Assembly (NCBI GenBank): GCA_044342325.1 | Contig: JBIIPZ010000013.1 | Location: 164-64,163, forward strand | DNA from: Terrimicrobiaceae bacterium | GTDB taxonomy: Bacteria > Verrucomicrobiota > Verrucomicrobiia > Chthoniobacterales > Terrimicrobiaceae | Length of the DNA: 64,000 nt | Direction: 5' to 3' | Shown: positions 46,291-55,639 of the stretch, piece by piece | Numbering within the stretch: the first letter of the stretch is position 1 | How the letters are laid out: each line of letters begins with the position of its first letter | Program-made: the position numbers and the translations under genes | Notes under the pieces: model-generated | What the model was told of the DNA's origin: nothing | The model's database searches: none | What the model saw: only the letters and a program-made list of their open reading frames with translations

Positions 46291-47022
46291 TCAGTATTTC
46301 AAAATCCTCTCGAGAAATTGCTTCACGGCGGGATGGCGGGGATTTTCGAAAAACGCTCCAGCAGCCGCGCACTCAAGCACGCCGCCATCGGCGATGAATG
46401 CGACGCGGTCGGCCGAGCGGCGTGCGAAGCCCATCTCGTGGGTGACGAGAATGATGGGTTTGCCGGATTCACGGAGTTCGACAATCACATCGAGAACTTC
46501 GGCAGTCATCTCAGGATCGAGGGCGGATGTGGGTTCGTCGAGGAGGAGAAAAGCAGGATCCACAGCGAGCGCGCGAGCTATGGCAACACGCTGCCGCTGG
46601 CCTCCGCTGAGTTGAGCAGGTTGCTTGGCCGCATGCTCGGCGAGGTGGAAGCGTTTTAGGACATCCATCGCCCGGTCACGGGCGGTTGCGGCATCCATCC
46701 CATGAACCTCGGTGAGCGGGAGCATGACATTTCCAAGGGCGCTGAGGTGGGGAAAGAGATTGTAGGCCTGAAAAACAATGCCCGTGTGGCTGCGGTGGAC
46801 CCTCAAGCGCTCCTCGTCCCGCGGTAGAGGGTCGCCGTTGACGAAGATTTCGCCCGAGTCGGGGGCATCCAGGCCTGCAAGGAGACGGAGAAGGGTGGAC
46901 TTGCCTCCGCCGGATGGTCCGATGAGCGCGAGGGTGTGGGCAAACTCCGCCTCGAAATTCACGGCATCAAGGACAGTCTGGGGTCCGAATCTTTTGGTAA
47001 GGCCGCGAAGGAGAATTTTCAT
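46291..47022 (-). CDS. Polar amino-acid ABC transporter ATP-binding protein
   Basis: [24 protein letters not shown] and LLLDEPTSALD. GlnQ/HisP-like length (243 aa). Confidence 0.92.
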   Translation of the reverse strand: MKILLRGLTKRFGPQTVLDAVNFEAEFAHTLALIGPSGGGKSTLLRLLAGLDAPDSGEIFVNGDPLPRDEERLRVHRSHTGIVFQAYNLFPHLSALGNVMLPLTEVHGMDAATARDRAMDVLKRFHLAEHAAKQPAQLSGGQRQRVAIARALAVDPAFLLLDEPTSALDPEMTAEVLDVIVELRESGKPIILVTHEMGFARRSADRVAFIADGGVLECAAAGAFFENPRHPAVKQFLERILKY

Positions 47023-47405
47023 TTTTTGCGGAGCTTCTCAGGAATTTCGTCGGGAATGACTCGGAAGTCAGGGAGGGGAACTTCAACGATTTCCTCTACG
47101 ATGACGGGATCAAACGGCACGCCGGGAGCCACGGGCGGCGCGACGCGGAGGTCGCTGAACGCGACATAGCCGGTGCGGTTGTCGAGCAGGCGCACAAATG
47201 CGTAGCCCGAGTCTTTTTTCAGCAGACTGAGAGGCAAATCCTTTTCAAGCTTCTCTGGAGGGAATGCCTGGGCTGGCCCGCTTCGAAAGAACTCCGCACG
47301 CCGGACTGTGAGATACTCCGGTGGTGACTCCTTGTCGAAATGCTCCACGGCCGCGCATCCGGTCAGGAGCAGGCAGGCAATGAGACTGAGGTGTTCAAGT
47401 TTCAT
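47019..47405 (-). CDS. Small lipoprotein, SH3-like?
   Basis: Lipobox LLLTGC after MKLEHLSLIAC. Overlaps both neighbouring ABC genes (11 nt and 4 nt). The SH3-like guess rests on the ...GYAFVRLLDNRTGYVAFSDL pattern only. Confidence 0.5.
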   Translation of the reverse strand: MKLEHLSLIACLLLTGCAAVEHFDKESPPEYLTVRRAEFFRSGPAQAFPPEKLEKDLPLSLLKKDSGYAFVRLLDNRTGYVAFSDLRVAPPVAPGVPFDPVIVEEIVEVPLPDFRVIPDEIPEKLRKK

Positions 47406-48171
47406 AGCGCACTTTGGATTCCAAGTATTTCGTCCAGAGCGAAACTGGCAGTGTGAGCACAAGATAGCAGATACCGAGCGGAACAAAACTCTCAAAGGTG
47501 CTGTAGGTCGCCGAGTTGATCTGGTTTGCAGCGAAGGTCAGCTCGGGAATTCCAATGATGTATAGCAGTGAAGAGTCCTTGATGAGCGATGAGAATTGAC
47601 CCGCCACGGGAGGCAGAATCTGACGCAGCACCTGGGGGAAAATGACAAAGCGGTAGGTCTGCACAGGTGTGAGTCCAATGGCTCGGGCGCTGTCCCATTG
47701 GGAGCGACCGACACTCTCGATGCCAGCGCGTATGATTTCGGCGATGTAGGCGCCGCTGAAGAGCGAGAGGATAACGATCCCCACCGATACCCGGTCATTC
47801 CAACCCACGGCGTTTGCGATCCCGTAGAATCCAAAAAGCACGAGAACGACAAGCGGGAGTCCCCTCACCGTCTCGACATAGGCGGCGGCGGTGTAGCGCA
47901 GAGGAAGAAAAGCCGAGCGACGCGCCAGCGCCGTGAGAGCGCCTATGGCTGTGCTGAGCAAGAGGGCCGCAGCAGAGATGCCGATGGTGGCGGCCCAACC
48001 ATTCAGAAATGTGACGCGATAGGCCCACACCTGATCCCAGTTTTTGAGGGAATGCGAAAAGGCCAGCCAACACAGACCGGCGTAGACCAGAAGAAGAGTG
48101 ATGATGGTAACGGCCTTTGCGGCAGGCCGCGCCGGATTCGTCGGGCGATCAATGAAAAAACCAGCCTGCAT
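47395..48171 (-). CDS. Polar amino-acid ABC transporter permease (HisM/GlnP family)
   Basis: YVETVRGLPLVVLVL...SQWDSARAIGL EAA-loop region, about 5 TM segments. Confidence 0.88.
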   Translation of the reverse strand: MQAGFFIDRPTNPARPAAKAVTIITLLLVYAGLCWLAFSHSLKNWDQVWAYRVTFLNGWAATIGISAAALLLSTAIGALTALARRSAFLPLRYTAAAYVETVRGLPLVVLVLFGFYGIANAVGWNDRVSVGIVILSLFSGAYIAEIIRAGIESVGRSQWDSARAIGLTPVQTYRFVIFPQVLRQILPPVAGQFSSLIKDSSLLYIIGIPELTFAANQINSATYSTFESFVPLGICYLVLTLPVSLWTKYLESKVRYET

Positions 48172-48177
48172 ATCAGC

Positions 48178-48363
48178 TCAGGATGCGGAGGCCTCCACAG
48201 AAACCAATTCACCCCCTGAGAAACGGAGGCTCAGCTGGATGGGATGGCAACACACCGAACAATCTTCGATCATCTCGACAGACGAGTGTGATGTGTCGGC
48301 CAAAATGCCGAACAACTCACCGCAGTAAGGGCACTCGATCTCGACATCCTCGACGCCGTCCAT
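48178..48363 (-). CDS. CPXCG-motif cysteine-rich small protein
   Basis: IECPYCG ... DCSVCCHP, a four-Cys zinc-ribbon pattern in 61 aa. Confidence 0.6.
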   Translation of the reverse strand: MDGVEDVEIECPYCGELFGILADTSHSSVEMIEDCSVCCHPIQLSLRFSGGELVSVEASAS

Positions 48364-48369
48364 CGCTGA

Positions 48370-48720
48370 TCAGTCCTCCAACCGGATTTTCTTGGCGTCG
48401 CTCCAGAGGCCTTCGAGGTCGTAGAAGGCGCGTTTCGAATCCAAGAAGAGATGGCAAATGAGTCCGCCAAAATCAGTGACGATCCATTGGCTCACGGGGA
48501 AGCCATCGGCAGAAAGGGGTCGCGCTTCACATTCCTCGCGGGCCTTTTCGCGGATCGATGAGGAGATGGCCTTGAGCTGGGGTTCCGAATTTGCGGAGCA
48601 GATCAGGAAGAAATCAGTAAAGTCGGAGACGCCACGCATATCGAGTAGGACGATGTCTTCGGCCTTTTTATCAGCGGCAGCCGACGCGCAAACGCGGGCG
48701 AGTTTTTCAGTGTCAGTCAT
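48370..48720 (-). CDS. rsfS: Ribosome silencing factor RsfS
   Basis: KKAEDIVLLDMRGVSDFTDFFLICSANSEPQLKAI...WIVTDFGGLICHLF...YDLEGLW. Confidence 0.85.
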   Translation of the reverse strand: MTDTEKLARVCASAAADKKAEDIVLLDMRGVSDFTDFFLICSANSEPQLKAISSSIREKAREECEARPLSADGFPVSQWIVTDFGGLICHLFLDSKRAFYDLEGLWSDAKKIRLED

Positions 48721-49285
48721 TCAGGTAAAGTTGATGCCTTGCGAGAATCGCGCAAACGGCGTCCGGCAGCAAGTAGCGAACCGAGAGGCCTCGGGCAATG
48801 CGATTCCGGATATCTGTAGAGGAAATATCGATATTGCGGCTGATGACTGGGAAGCCCTCGATCGGCTCCAAGTCGCCCCGGGCCAGCACGACAAAGGATG
48901 CCAGTTTCTTGAGCTCATCAATTTCCCGCCATGTGTGAAGGGCAGGAACATTGTCCTCTCCGATGAAATAAAAAAGCTCCGCCTGTGGAAAACGCCGCTG
49001 CATGAGCCGCACCGTATCAGCGGCGAAGGACGGCCCCTCGCGCTCCGCCTCGCAGGCATCCATCGAAAACCGAGGCTCGCCGGCGATGGCCGCCTCGACC
49101 ATTTCGCAACGACGACGGGCCGGTGCCGGCGGATGTTCCAACTTGTGGGGAGACACATTCGCCGGAATAAAAATGACACGATCCAAGCCGAGACACTCCA
49201 TGGCATCGCGCGCCAGAATGAGGTGTCCGTGGTGGATGGGATCAAAGCTCCCGCCGAACAAACCGATTTTTTCTGAAGAAATCAT
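48713..49285 (-). CDS. nadD: Nicotinate-nucleotide adenylyltransferase
   Basis: GLFGGSFDPIHHGH (the HxGH motif) and ISSTDIRNRI. Start taken at ATG 49285. Confidence 0.88.
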   Translation of the reverse strand: MISSEKIGLFGGSFDPIHHGHLILARDAMECLGLDRVIFIPANVSPHKLEHPPAPARRRCEMVEAAIAGEPRFSMDACEAEREGPSFAADTVRLMQRRFPQAELFYFIGEDNVPALHTWREIDELKKLASFVVLARGDLEPIEGFPVISRNIDISSTDIRNRIARGLSVRYLLPDAVCAILARHQLYLND

Positions 49286-49322
49286 TTCGACAGCCCTCAT
49301 CAAATCTGGTTTTCCCCTCCTC

Positions 49323-50420
49323 ATGCCATCCCAAAATCCCGGTCAGCTTCTTCTCGTTGGTGTTCCCGGCGCGGAACTCGATTCCGAATCCGCCCGCCTC
49401 TTCCGTCAAATCCAGCCCGGAGGGTTCATCCTTTTCGGCCGAAACATCAAGACGCCCCAGCAACTCCGCAAGCTCATCGACGACCTCCGCGATCTGAGCA
49501 GCGTGGAACCGATCATCACGATCGACCAGGAAGGTGGACGCGTGTCCCGACTCAAACTCATCGGCAACGAGCCTCCCAACGCCCAGCAACTCCGGGACTG
49601 CGGCGACCTAGATTTAATCCGCCGTCATGGAGATATCACCGGCCGCATCCTGCGCATTTTCGGCTTCAACCTGGACCTCTGCCCCGTGCTGGACATTTCC
49701 TTCGACGACGAAGCCGACAATTCACTTCGAGGGCGCTGCTACGGACGCGATGTTGCCGAGGTCATTGAAAAATCCAGCGCCTTCAACGAGGCACTACGAG
49801 CCACTGGTGTGATGAGCTGCGGCAAGCATTTCCCCGGCTATGCCTCAGCCGGCCTCGACCCGCACCACGAACTTCCCCGCATCGAGCGTTCGCAGGAACT
49901 CATGGAGGAGCACGAACTCGCCGTCTTCCGGCACTTCGCAAAATCGGTGGATAGCATGATGATCGGCCACATCGCCGTTTCAGGACTCGACGCGGTGAAC
50001 CGACCCGCCTCGCTCTCACCGGTCATCATTCGCGACCTGCTGCGGAAGGATATGGGATTTGAGGGCCTTGTGATGACAGACGATCTCGATATGGGAGCCA
50101 TTCTGAACCACTATGGATTCGATGAAACGATGCGCCTCGGCATCGAAGCGGGCAACGACATGCTTATGATCTGCCACCGCATCGAAATGGCCTCCGCTGC
50201 GAAGAAGGCCATCGACACCATGGGCAAAAAACTCGACGAGGCTCTTGAGGCGATGGACCGCTGCAAATCCCGCCTCGCGCCGCCCACGCCATTTTCTCTG
50301 GAGGCCTTTCATGCGGTGGATGCCGAAATTTACGACCTACGCGTGGCTGTTCTAAGCCCAGAATTGGCCGCGCAGCGTAGTCCAGAAGACGGCAAGCGCT
50401 CACCGGTGGAGCTTTATTAA
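49323..50420 (+). CDS. nagZ: Glycoside hydrolase family 3, beta-N-acetylhexosaminidase (NagZ-like)
   Basis: ITIDQEGGRVSRL, KHFPGYASAG and VMTDDLDMGA motifs. Start at ATG 49323, divergent from nadD. Confidence 0.85.
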   Translation: MPSQNPGQLLLVGVPGAELDSESARLFRQIQPGGFILFGRNIKTPQQLRKLIDDLRDLSSVEPIITIDQEGGRVSRLKLIGNEPPNAQQLRDCGDLDLIRRHGDITGRILRIFGFNLDLCPVLDISFDDEADNSLRGRCYGRDVAEVIEKSSAFNEALRATGVMSCGKHFPGYASAGLDPHHELPRIERSQELMEEHELAVFRHFAKSVDSMMIGHIAVSGLDAVNRPASLSPVIIRDLLRKDMGFEGLVMTDDLDMGAILNHYGFDETMRLGIEAGNDMLMICHRIEMASAAKKAIDTMGKKLDEALEAMDRCKSRLAPPTPFSLEAFHAVDAEIYDLRVAVLSPELAAQRSPEDGKRSPVELY

Positions 50421-50435
50421 ATGAGAATTATTCAC

Positions 50436-50462
50436 CACGGAGGACACGGAGACCACGGAGAT
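50436..50462 (+). repeat. Tandem CACGGAG 9-mer (three copies)
   Basis: CACGGAG at 50436, 50445 and 50454. The same heptamer occurs twice inside each copy of the 295-bp repeat (for example at 26799 and 26815). Confidence 0.6.
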
Positions 50463-50561
50463 GTTTTTTGCATGATGACCAATTGCCGAAACACGCCGAC
50501 TGAATCCGGCCATTCTGTTTTTCTATAAAAAAACCTTTTTCGGATTTAAGCTGAATCCACT

Positions 50562-51755
50562 TTGAGCACGCCAAACCGAGTCAATATCCGCACGCCTGAT
50601 GTCATGGCCCATGTCCATGCACAGGTTGAAAAACATTATCGCAGCGAACTGGTGGAAAAGATCCGGGCGCAAGGCGGGGTGCTTCAGGTCGGAAACACGA
50701 CCATTCGCTTGGCGAAGGAATTCGGTTTTTGCTACGGGGTTGAGCGGGCTATCGATCTGGCCTATGCGGCAGGAAAGGTTTTCACCGACAAGCGGATTTT
50801 TCTTCTGGGCGAAATCATTCACAACCCGGATGTGAATGCCCAGATGGATGCGCTCGGCATTCAACATCTTGCCGCACACCCTTCTGATGCGGACCTGAAG
50901 AACTTGAAAGCTGATGATGTCGTCATTGTGCCAGCATTCGGAGCCGAGGTGTCCGTAATCGACGCAGTGAAGGCCCATGGTTGCCAGATTGTGGATACAA
51001 CCTGCGGGGATGTGATGAGCGTCTGGAAACGCGTCCGGCAGAATGCCACCGAGAGGGTCACTTCGATCATTCATGGCAAGGCCGCACATGAGGAGACGCG
51101 AGCCACAGCCTCGCGGGCTCTCGGCGGTGATGGATCCGGCCACTTTGTGATCGTGCTGGATCTGAAGGAGGCCGGCAAAGTGACCGACTACATGGTCAAT
51201 GGCGGCGACCCGGCCGAGTTTCTCACCACCTTCCGTGGAGCAGTAAGCCCGGGCTTCGATCCGCTGCAACACCTCCAGCGCATCGGCGTGGCGAACCAAA
51301 CCACCATGCTACGCAGCGAAACCGAGGCCATTCAAAACCTGCTGCGTGAGGCCGTGGCAAAGCGCGATGGCGGCAGCACTGCAAACTTCCGCTACTTCGA
51401 CACGATCTGCGGAGCCACGCAGGATCGACAAGACGCCCTTTTCCAACTCCTCAACGAATCCTTGGATATGCTCATCGTGGTCGGCGGCTACAATAGTTCA
51501 AATACAACGCACTTGGCTGAAATCGGCTCTGAAAAGCTCCCGACATGGTTCATCCGCAATGCAGACTGCCTGACTTCAGCGAATGAAATCCGGCATTTCG
51601 ACCTGCACCTCAAAAAAGAAATCGTTTCGACGGATTGGCTGCCGGAAAGGAAAAACCTGACCATCGGCATCACAGCGGGCGCCAGTTGCCCAAACAGCCT
51701 CATCGAAGAAACCCTCCGTCGCTTGCTGGAATTGCGTGGAGAGTCCGTGGGCTGA
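50562..51755 (+). CDS. ispH: 4-hydroxy-3-methylbut-2-enyl diphosphate reductase (long form)
   Basis: FGFCYGVERAI, DTTCGDV and NSSNT motifs. The start is uncertain: either TTG at 50562 or ATG at 50604. Confidence 0.9.
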   Translation: MSTPNRVNIRTPDVMAHVHAQVEKHYRSELVEKIRAQGGVLQVGNTTIRLAKEFGFCYGVERAIDLAYAAGKVFTDKRIFLLGEIIHNPDVNAQMDALGIQHLAAHPSDADLKNLKADDVVIVPAFGAEVSVIDAVKAHGCQIVDTTCGDVMSVWKRVRQNATERVTSIIHGKAAHEETRATASRALGGDGSGHFVIVLDLKEAGKVTDYMVNGGDPAEFLTTFRGAVSPGFDPLQHLQRIGVANQTTMLRSETEAIQNLLREAVAKRDGGSTANFRYFDTICGATQDRQDALFQLLNESLDMLIVVGGYNSSNTTHLAEIGSEKLPTWFIRNADCLTSANEIRHFDLHLKKEIVSTDWLPERKNLTIGITAGASCPNSLIEETLRRLLELRGESVG

Positions 51756-51817
51756 GGTTTCATCCCGACGGGATTTGACTGACTTTTTCGGCGCCGCGCT
51801 TTAGAGTCAGCGCCTTC

Positions 51818-52738
51818 ATGCAAACGGAAACCATCCCTCACGCTGGCTGGGAGCGCAATCTGCGGCTCGCCAATGATCAGATCGAACTTATTGTCACACT
51901 CGATGTGGGGCCGCGCATCATCAGCCTCCGCACAACAGACGGTGCGAATGTTTTCAAAACCTTCGATGAACAACTCGGTGGCAAAGGTGAGAGGGAGTGG
52001 ATGATTCGCGGGGGACACCGCTTCTGGATCGCTCCTGAGGATGTGGAGCGAACCTACCATATCGACAACCACCCGCCACGGCATTGGGTGGATTCCGAAA
52101 CGGGGGAGGTCATTTTTGAAGCCGAGCAAGAGGCCGGTGGGCGCATTTTGAAGACGCTCGGGATCACGATTTCGCAGGATTCCCCGAGAGTGAGAGTCCG
52201 GCACACGGCTAAAAATACCGACTCCAAGCCGCTCGAGTTTTCCGCATGGGCGCTGAGTGTGATGAAGGCTGGAGGCACCGCTGTGATCCCCCAACCGCCG
52301 CTTGGAGAGCATCCGAGGGATTTGCTGCCGAACCGGACGATGGTTCTCTGGCCCTACACCGACCTAAGTGATGCACGTTGGCGGATCGGGCGGGACTATT
52401 TCATTCTGCGCCAGGCAGCAGATCGCCCGCCCACGAAGATCGGCCTCTCCCATAAGGAAAAACAGGTCGCCTACATCGTGGATGATTCGATTTTCATCAA
52501 ATCCTTCGATTTTATCGAGGGCGAGACCTACCCCGACGGTGGTTGCAATTTCGAGGCCTTCACGAATGGCGACATGCTTGAGGTCGAGAGCCTGAGTCCG
52601 CTGAAAATGGTCCCACCCGGTGGCGAGATCACCCATATCGAGGAGTGGACGCTGCTTCCCTTGATCGGCGGCATTTCCACGGAGTCGGATGAGGCACTCA
52701 GGCAAACCCTCGCGCCCTACCTTGCACAGGCCATCTGA
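51818..52738 (+). CDS. Hypothetical protein (306 aa), possibly an aldose-epimerase-like beta-sandwich
   Basis: Clean ORF with no motif I can name. The fold guess is weak. Confidence 0.5.
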   Translation: MQTETIPHAGWERNLRLANDQIELIVTLDVGPRIISLRTTDGANVFKTFDEQLGGKGEREWMIRGGHRFWIAPEDVERTYHIDNHPPRHWVDSETGEVIFEAEQEAGGRILKTLGITISQDSPRVRVRHTAKNTDSKPLEFSAWALSVMKAGGTAVIPQPPLGEHPRDLLPNRTMVLWPYTDLSDARWRIGRDYFILRQAADRPPTKIGLSHKEKQVAYIVDDSIFIKSFDFIEGETYPDGGCNFEAFTNGDMLEVESLSPLKMVPPGGEITHIEEWTLLPLIGGISTESDEALRQTLAPYLAQAI

Positions 52739-52742
52739 TTTT

Positions 52743-53225
52743 ATGAAAACTCTCATGCAACGAGCTTGTCTTGTGACGCTGGTGGCGACTGCCATTTTTC
52801 AGAACGCCTGCCAGACCGTCGATAGTGAGGCTCCCGCACGGGCGAGCATGAATGCCGCTATCCGCGCTGAAGAGCCTGGCGACTACTTCATCGGGCGCCG
52901 CATGTATAAGAGCGATTACAAAATGTGGGGCTGGGTGCGCGAACCCGGCAAGTCTTGGACGACAGCTCAACTCGTCATGTTGAACGAGCAGACCAAGCTT
53001 GCGCCCGACCGCGAGGCGGGAAAACTCGGCGAGGACAACAACTACGAATACCGTCTCAGCGGCCGTTTCAGCGGCGAGACAGTGTATGAGCCGGCCAGTG
53101 ACAAATTTTATCCCGAGTTCGTCCTCACCGGCTACGAGTTGATCAATACCAAGCCAACCGGCATCTATATAACCAACCGTCAGGAAGATCCGGATATCCG
53201 AATCATCATGGCACCAGCTCATTGA
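52743..53225 (+). CDS. Lipoprotein of unknown function
   Basis: MKTLMQRACLVTLVATAIFQNAC lipobox-like signal peptide, 160 aa. Confidence 0.55.
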   Translation: MKTLMQRACLVTLVATAIFQNACQTVDSEAPARASMNAAIRAEEPGDYFIGRRMYKSDYKMWGWVREPGKSWTTAQLVMLNEQTKLAPDREAGKLGEDNNYEYRLSGRFSGETVYEPASDKFYPEFVLTGYELINTKPTGIYITNRQEDPDIRIIMAPAH

Positions 53226-55639
53226 GGGGCATCCATCCAGTCGAACCCGAGCTCCTCGCACCGGCAGGCGACTGGGAGTGCCTACGCGCCGCTGTGGCGA
53301 ATGGGGCGGATGCCGTTTTCTTTGGCTTGAGCCGCTTCAACGCCCGCATGCGGGCCGACAACTTCTGCGAGGAAGAGCTTCCAGCTATCACCTCCTTCCT
53401 TCACGCACACGGCGTGAAAGCCTATGTCACGCTGAATGTGCTCATCTTTACGGATGAACTGGATGACGCCATCGCTGAACTCCAGGCCCTGCATGATGCG
53501 GCGGTAGATGCCGTGATTATTCAGGATGTCGGCCTGGCGGAGATCTCACGCCGCATGTTTCCCGACCTGCGCGTCCACGCCTCGACGCAGATGACTATTA
53601 CATCCCCCGAAGGTGTGCGCTTCGCTGAGGGGCTCGGCGTAAAGCAGGTCGTTCTTGCGAGGGAGCTGTCGCTGCGGGAATTGGAAAAGTTCCCGCCCTC
53701 GGTGCCGCTGGAGACATTTGTTCATGGAGCCCTGTGCGTTGCCTACTCGGGCCAATGCCTCACCAGCGAGGCACTCGGCCGCCGGAGCGCGAATCGCGGT
53801 GAATGCGCGCAAGCCTGCCGCATGCCCTACGAACTCGTGGTGGACGGTGCCCTGCGCGACCTCGGCGACAAGCGTTACCTGCTTTCGCCTCAAGATCTCG
53901 CCGCAGTGAATGAAATCCCGGCCCTTATCGAGCGAGGCGTTGCGTCTTTTAAAATCGAGGGACGCCTGAAATCCCCCGAATATGTTGCAGCGGTCACCTC
54001 GGTTTACCGCAAAGCGATCGACGCGGCACTTGAAGGTCTCTTTGAAGGCGCATCGCCCGAGGACTGGTATCGACTGGAAATGACCTTCTCGCGTGGACTT
54101 TTCAGTGGCTGGATGCATGGGGTCAATCACCAGGAACTCGTCGGCGCACGCTTTGGCAAAAAGCGTGGAGCCTTTCTGGGGCGTGTTGCAGGCAGCTCCA
54201 GAGACCATGTCGAATTGGAATCCACCGCAATCCCCATCAAACCCGGCGACGGCGTGGTGTTTGACACCGGCGGAAACACCGAGCGTGAGCAAGGCGGGCG
54301 GGTCTTTCAGGTTCAGGGGAACAGGCTTTTCTTCGAGACGGGCAAAATACGGTTCCATGAAATTCCAACTGGCAGCCGCGTGTGGAAAACCTCGGACCCC
54401 TCGCTGGACCGCGAATTGCGAGGCAGCTTCAGTGGCCGACTGGAGACGGATGCCGATCGACTTACGCCACTCGATCTCATCGTCAGCGGAAAGGCAGAGG
54501 AACCTCTCCTTCTCAAGTGCGGCGATGTTTTGATTTCATCCCGAATTCCCCTGCAGACCGCTCGCACAAGACCACTGACGACAGATGCCCTGAGGGCTCA
54601 ACTTGAAAAGCTCGGTGGCACCGGATTCAGCCTCCGTTCGCTCGAGGCGCGGATCGAAGGCGATGTCATCCTACCCATTTCGGAAATCAACCGCATGCGT
54701 CGCGAGTTGGTCGAGAAGGCAAGCCGCACAGTGCGCGACACGGCGCCGAAGGTTGCTTTGAAGGATATTCTCCCGAGTTTTGAAGCGCCTAAATCTTCCG
54801 ACTCGCATCTCTCTGTCTTGGTCCGCTCGGAAGAGCAACTTGAGGCCGCGCTTGGGGCAGGTTCCCGGAAAATCCTCGTCGATTACGAGGACATCCGCCG
54901 CTACAAGGATGCCGTCGCAGTGGTGCGGGCGCACGGCGGCGCGCAGGTCCTTCTTGCGACGCCACGAATTCAGAAAGCTGGCGAGGAGGGTTTTTTCAAA
55001 CTCATCGCGAATGCGAAGCCAGATGGTGTTCTCATTCGCAACATCGGAGCGATTTCACATTTTGCAGGAAGCCCGCTACGATTGATCGGAGATTTCTCCC
55101 TGAATGTGGCCAATCCTGTGAGCGCGCTTGTTTTAAAAAATCATGGTCTGGAGCGCCTCACCATTTCGCACGATCTGAACTCGACCCAGATTCTCTCGAT
55201 GCTGCGTCACGCGCCGCCAGACTGGTTTGAACTCACGCTGCACCATCACATGCCGATGTTTCACATGGAGCACTGCGTCTTCGCGGCATTTCTCTCGAAG
55301 GGTAAGGACTACACGGACTGTGGCAGACCCTGCGAAAAGCACCGGGTCCATCTGCGCGACCGCGTGGGCATGGAACATCCGCTCCGCGCCGATGTGGGCT
55401 GCCGGAACACGCTATTCCACGCCACGGCACAAACGGGCGCGGCTTTCTTTGAAACCTTCCATGCCGCCGGCCTGCGCCACTTCCGCGTTGAACTGCTGGA
55501 GGAATCGGCAGAGGAAACCACTCGCATTCTAGCCGCCTACCAAGAACTTCTGACAGCCCGTCGAAGCGGTGCCGCATTGCACCGTGAACTGCACGCCACG
55601 AGCCAGATCGGCGTCACCACCGGCACCTACAGCGGTTAA
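53222..55639 (+). CDS. Peptidase U32 family protein with a long C-terminal extension
   Basis: ELLAPAGDWECLRAAVANGADAVFFG N-terminus and the U32 signature region E.FVHGALCVAYSGQCL. Apparent TTG start at 53222. Confidence 0.85.
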   Translation: MRGIHPVEPELLAPAGDWECLRAAVANGADAVFFGLSRFNARMRADNFCEEELPAITSFLHAHGVKAYVTLNVLIFTDELDDAIAELQALHDAAVDAVIIQDVGLAEISRRMFPDLRVHASTQMTITSPEGVRFAEGLGVKQVVLARELSLRELEKFPPSVPLETFVHGALCVAYSGQCLTSEALGRRSANRGECAQACRMPYELVVDGALRDLGDKRYLLSPQDLAAVNEIPALIERGVASFKIEGRLKSPEYVAAVTSVYRKAIDAALEGLFEGASPEDWYRLEMTFSRGLFSGWMHGVNHQELVGARFGKKRGAFLGRVAGSSRDHVELESTAIPIKPGDGVVFDTGGNTEREQGGRVFQVQGNRLFFETGKIRFHEIPTGSRVWKTSDPSLDRELRGSFSGRLETDADRLTPLDLIVSGKAEEPLLLKCGDVLISSRIPLQTARTRPLTTDALRAQLEKLGGTGFSLRSLEARIEGDVILPISEINRMRRELVEKASRTVRDTAPKVALKDILPSFEAPKSSDSHLSVLVRSEEQLEAALGAGSRKILVDYEDIRRYKDAVAVVRAHGGAQVLLATPRIQKAGEEGFFKLIANAKPDGVLIRNIGAISHFAGSPLRLIGDFSLNVANPVSALVLKNHGLERLTISHDLNSTQILSMLRHAPPDWFELTLHHHMPMFHMEHCVFAAFLSKGKDYTDCGRPCEKHRVHLRDRVGMEHPLRADVGCRNTLFHATAQTGAAFFETFHAAGLRHFRVELLEESAEETTRILAAYQELLTARRSGAALHRELHATSQIGVTTGTYSG

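Noticed and set aside
55636-55639. Four-base overlap of the convergent U32 peptidase and TPR gene stop codons (TTAA)
   Set aside because: It is real in the sequence, but such overlaps are a common consequence of gene packing and are not evidence of regulation.
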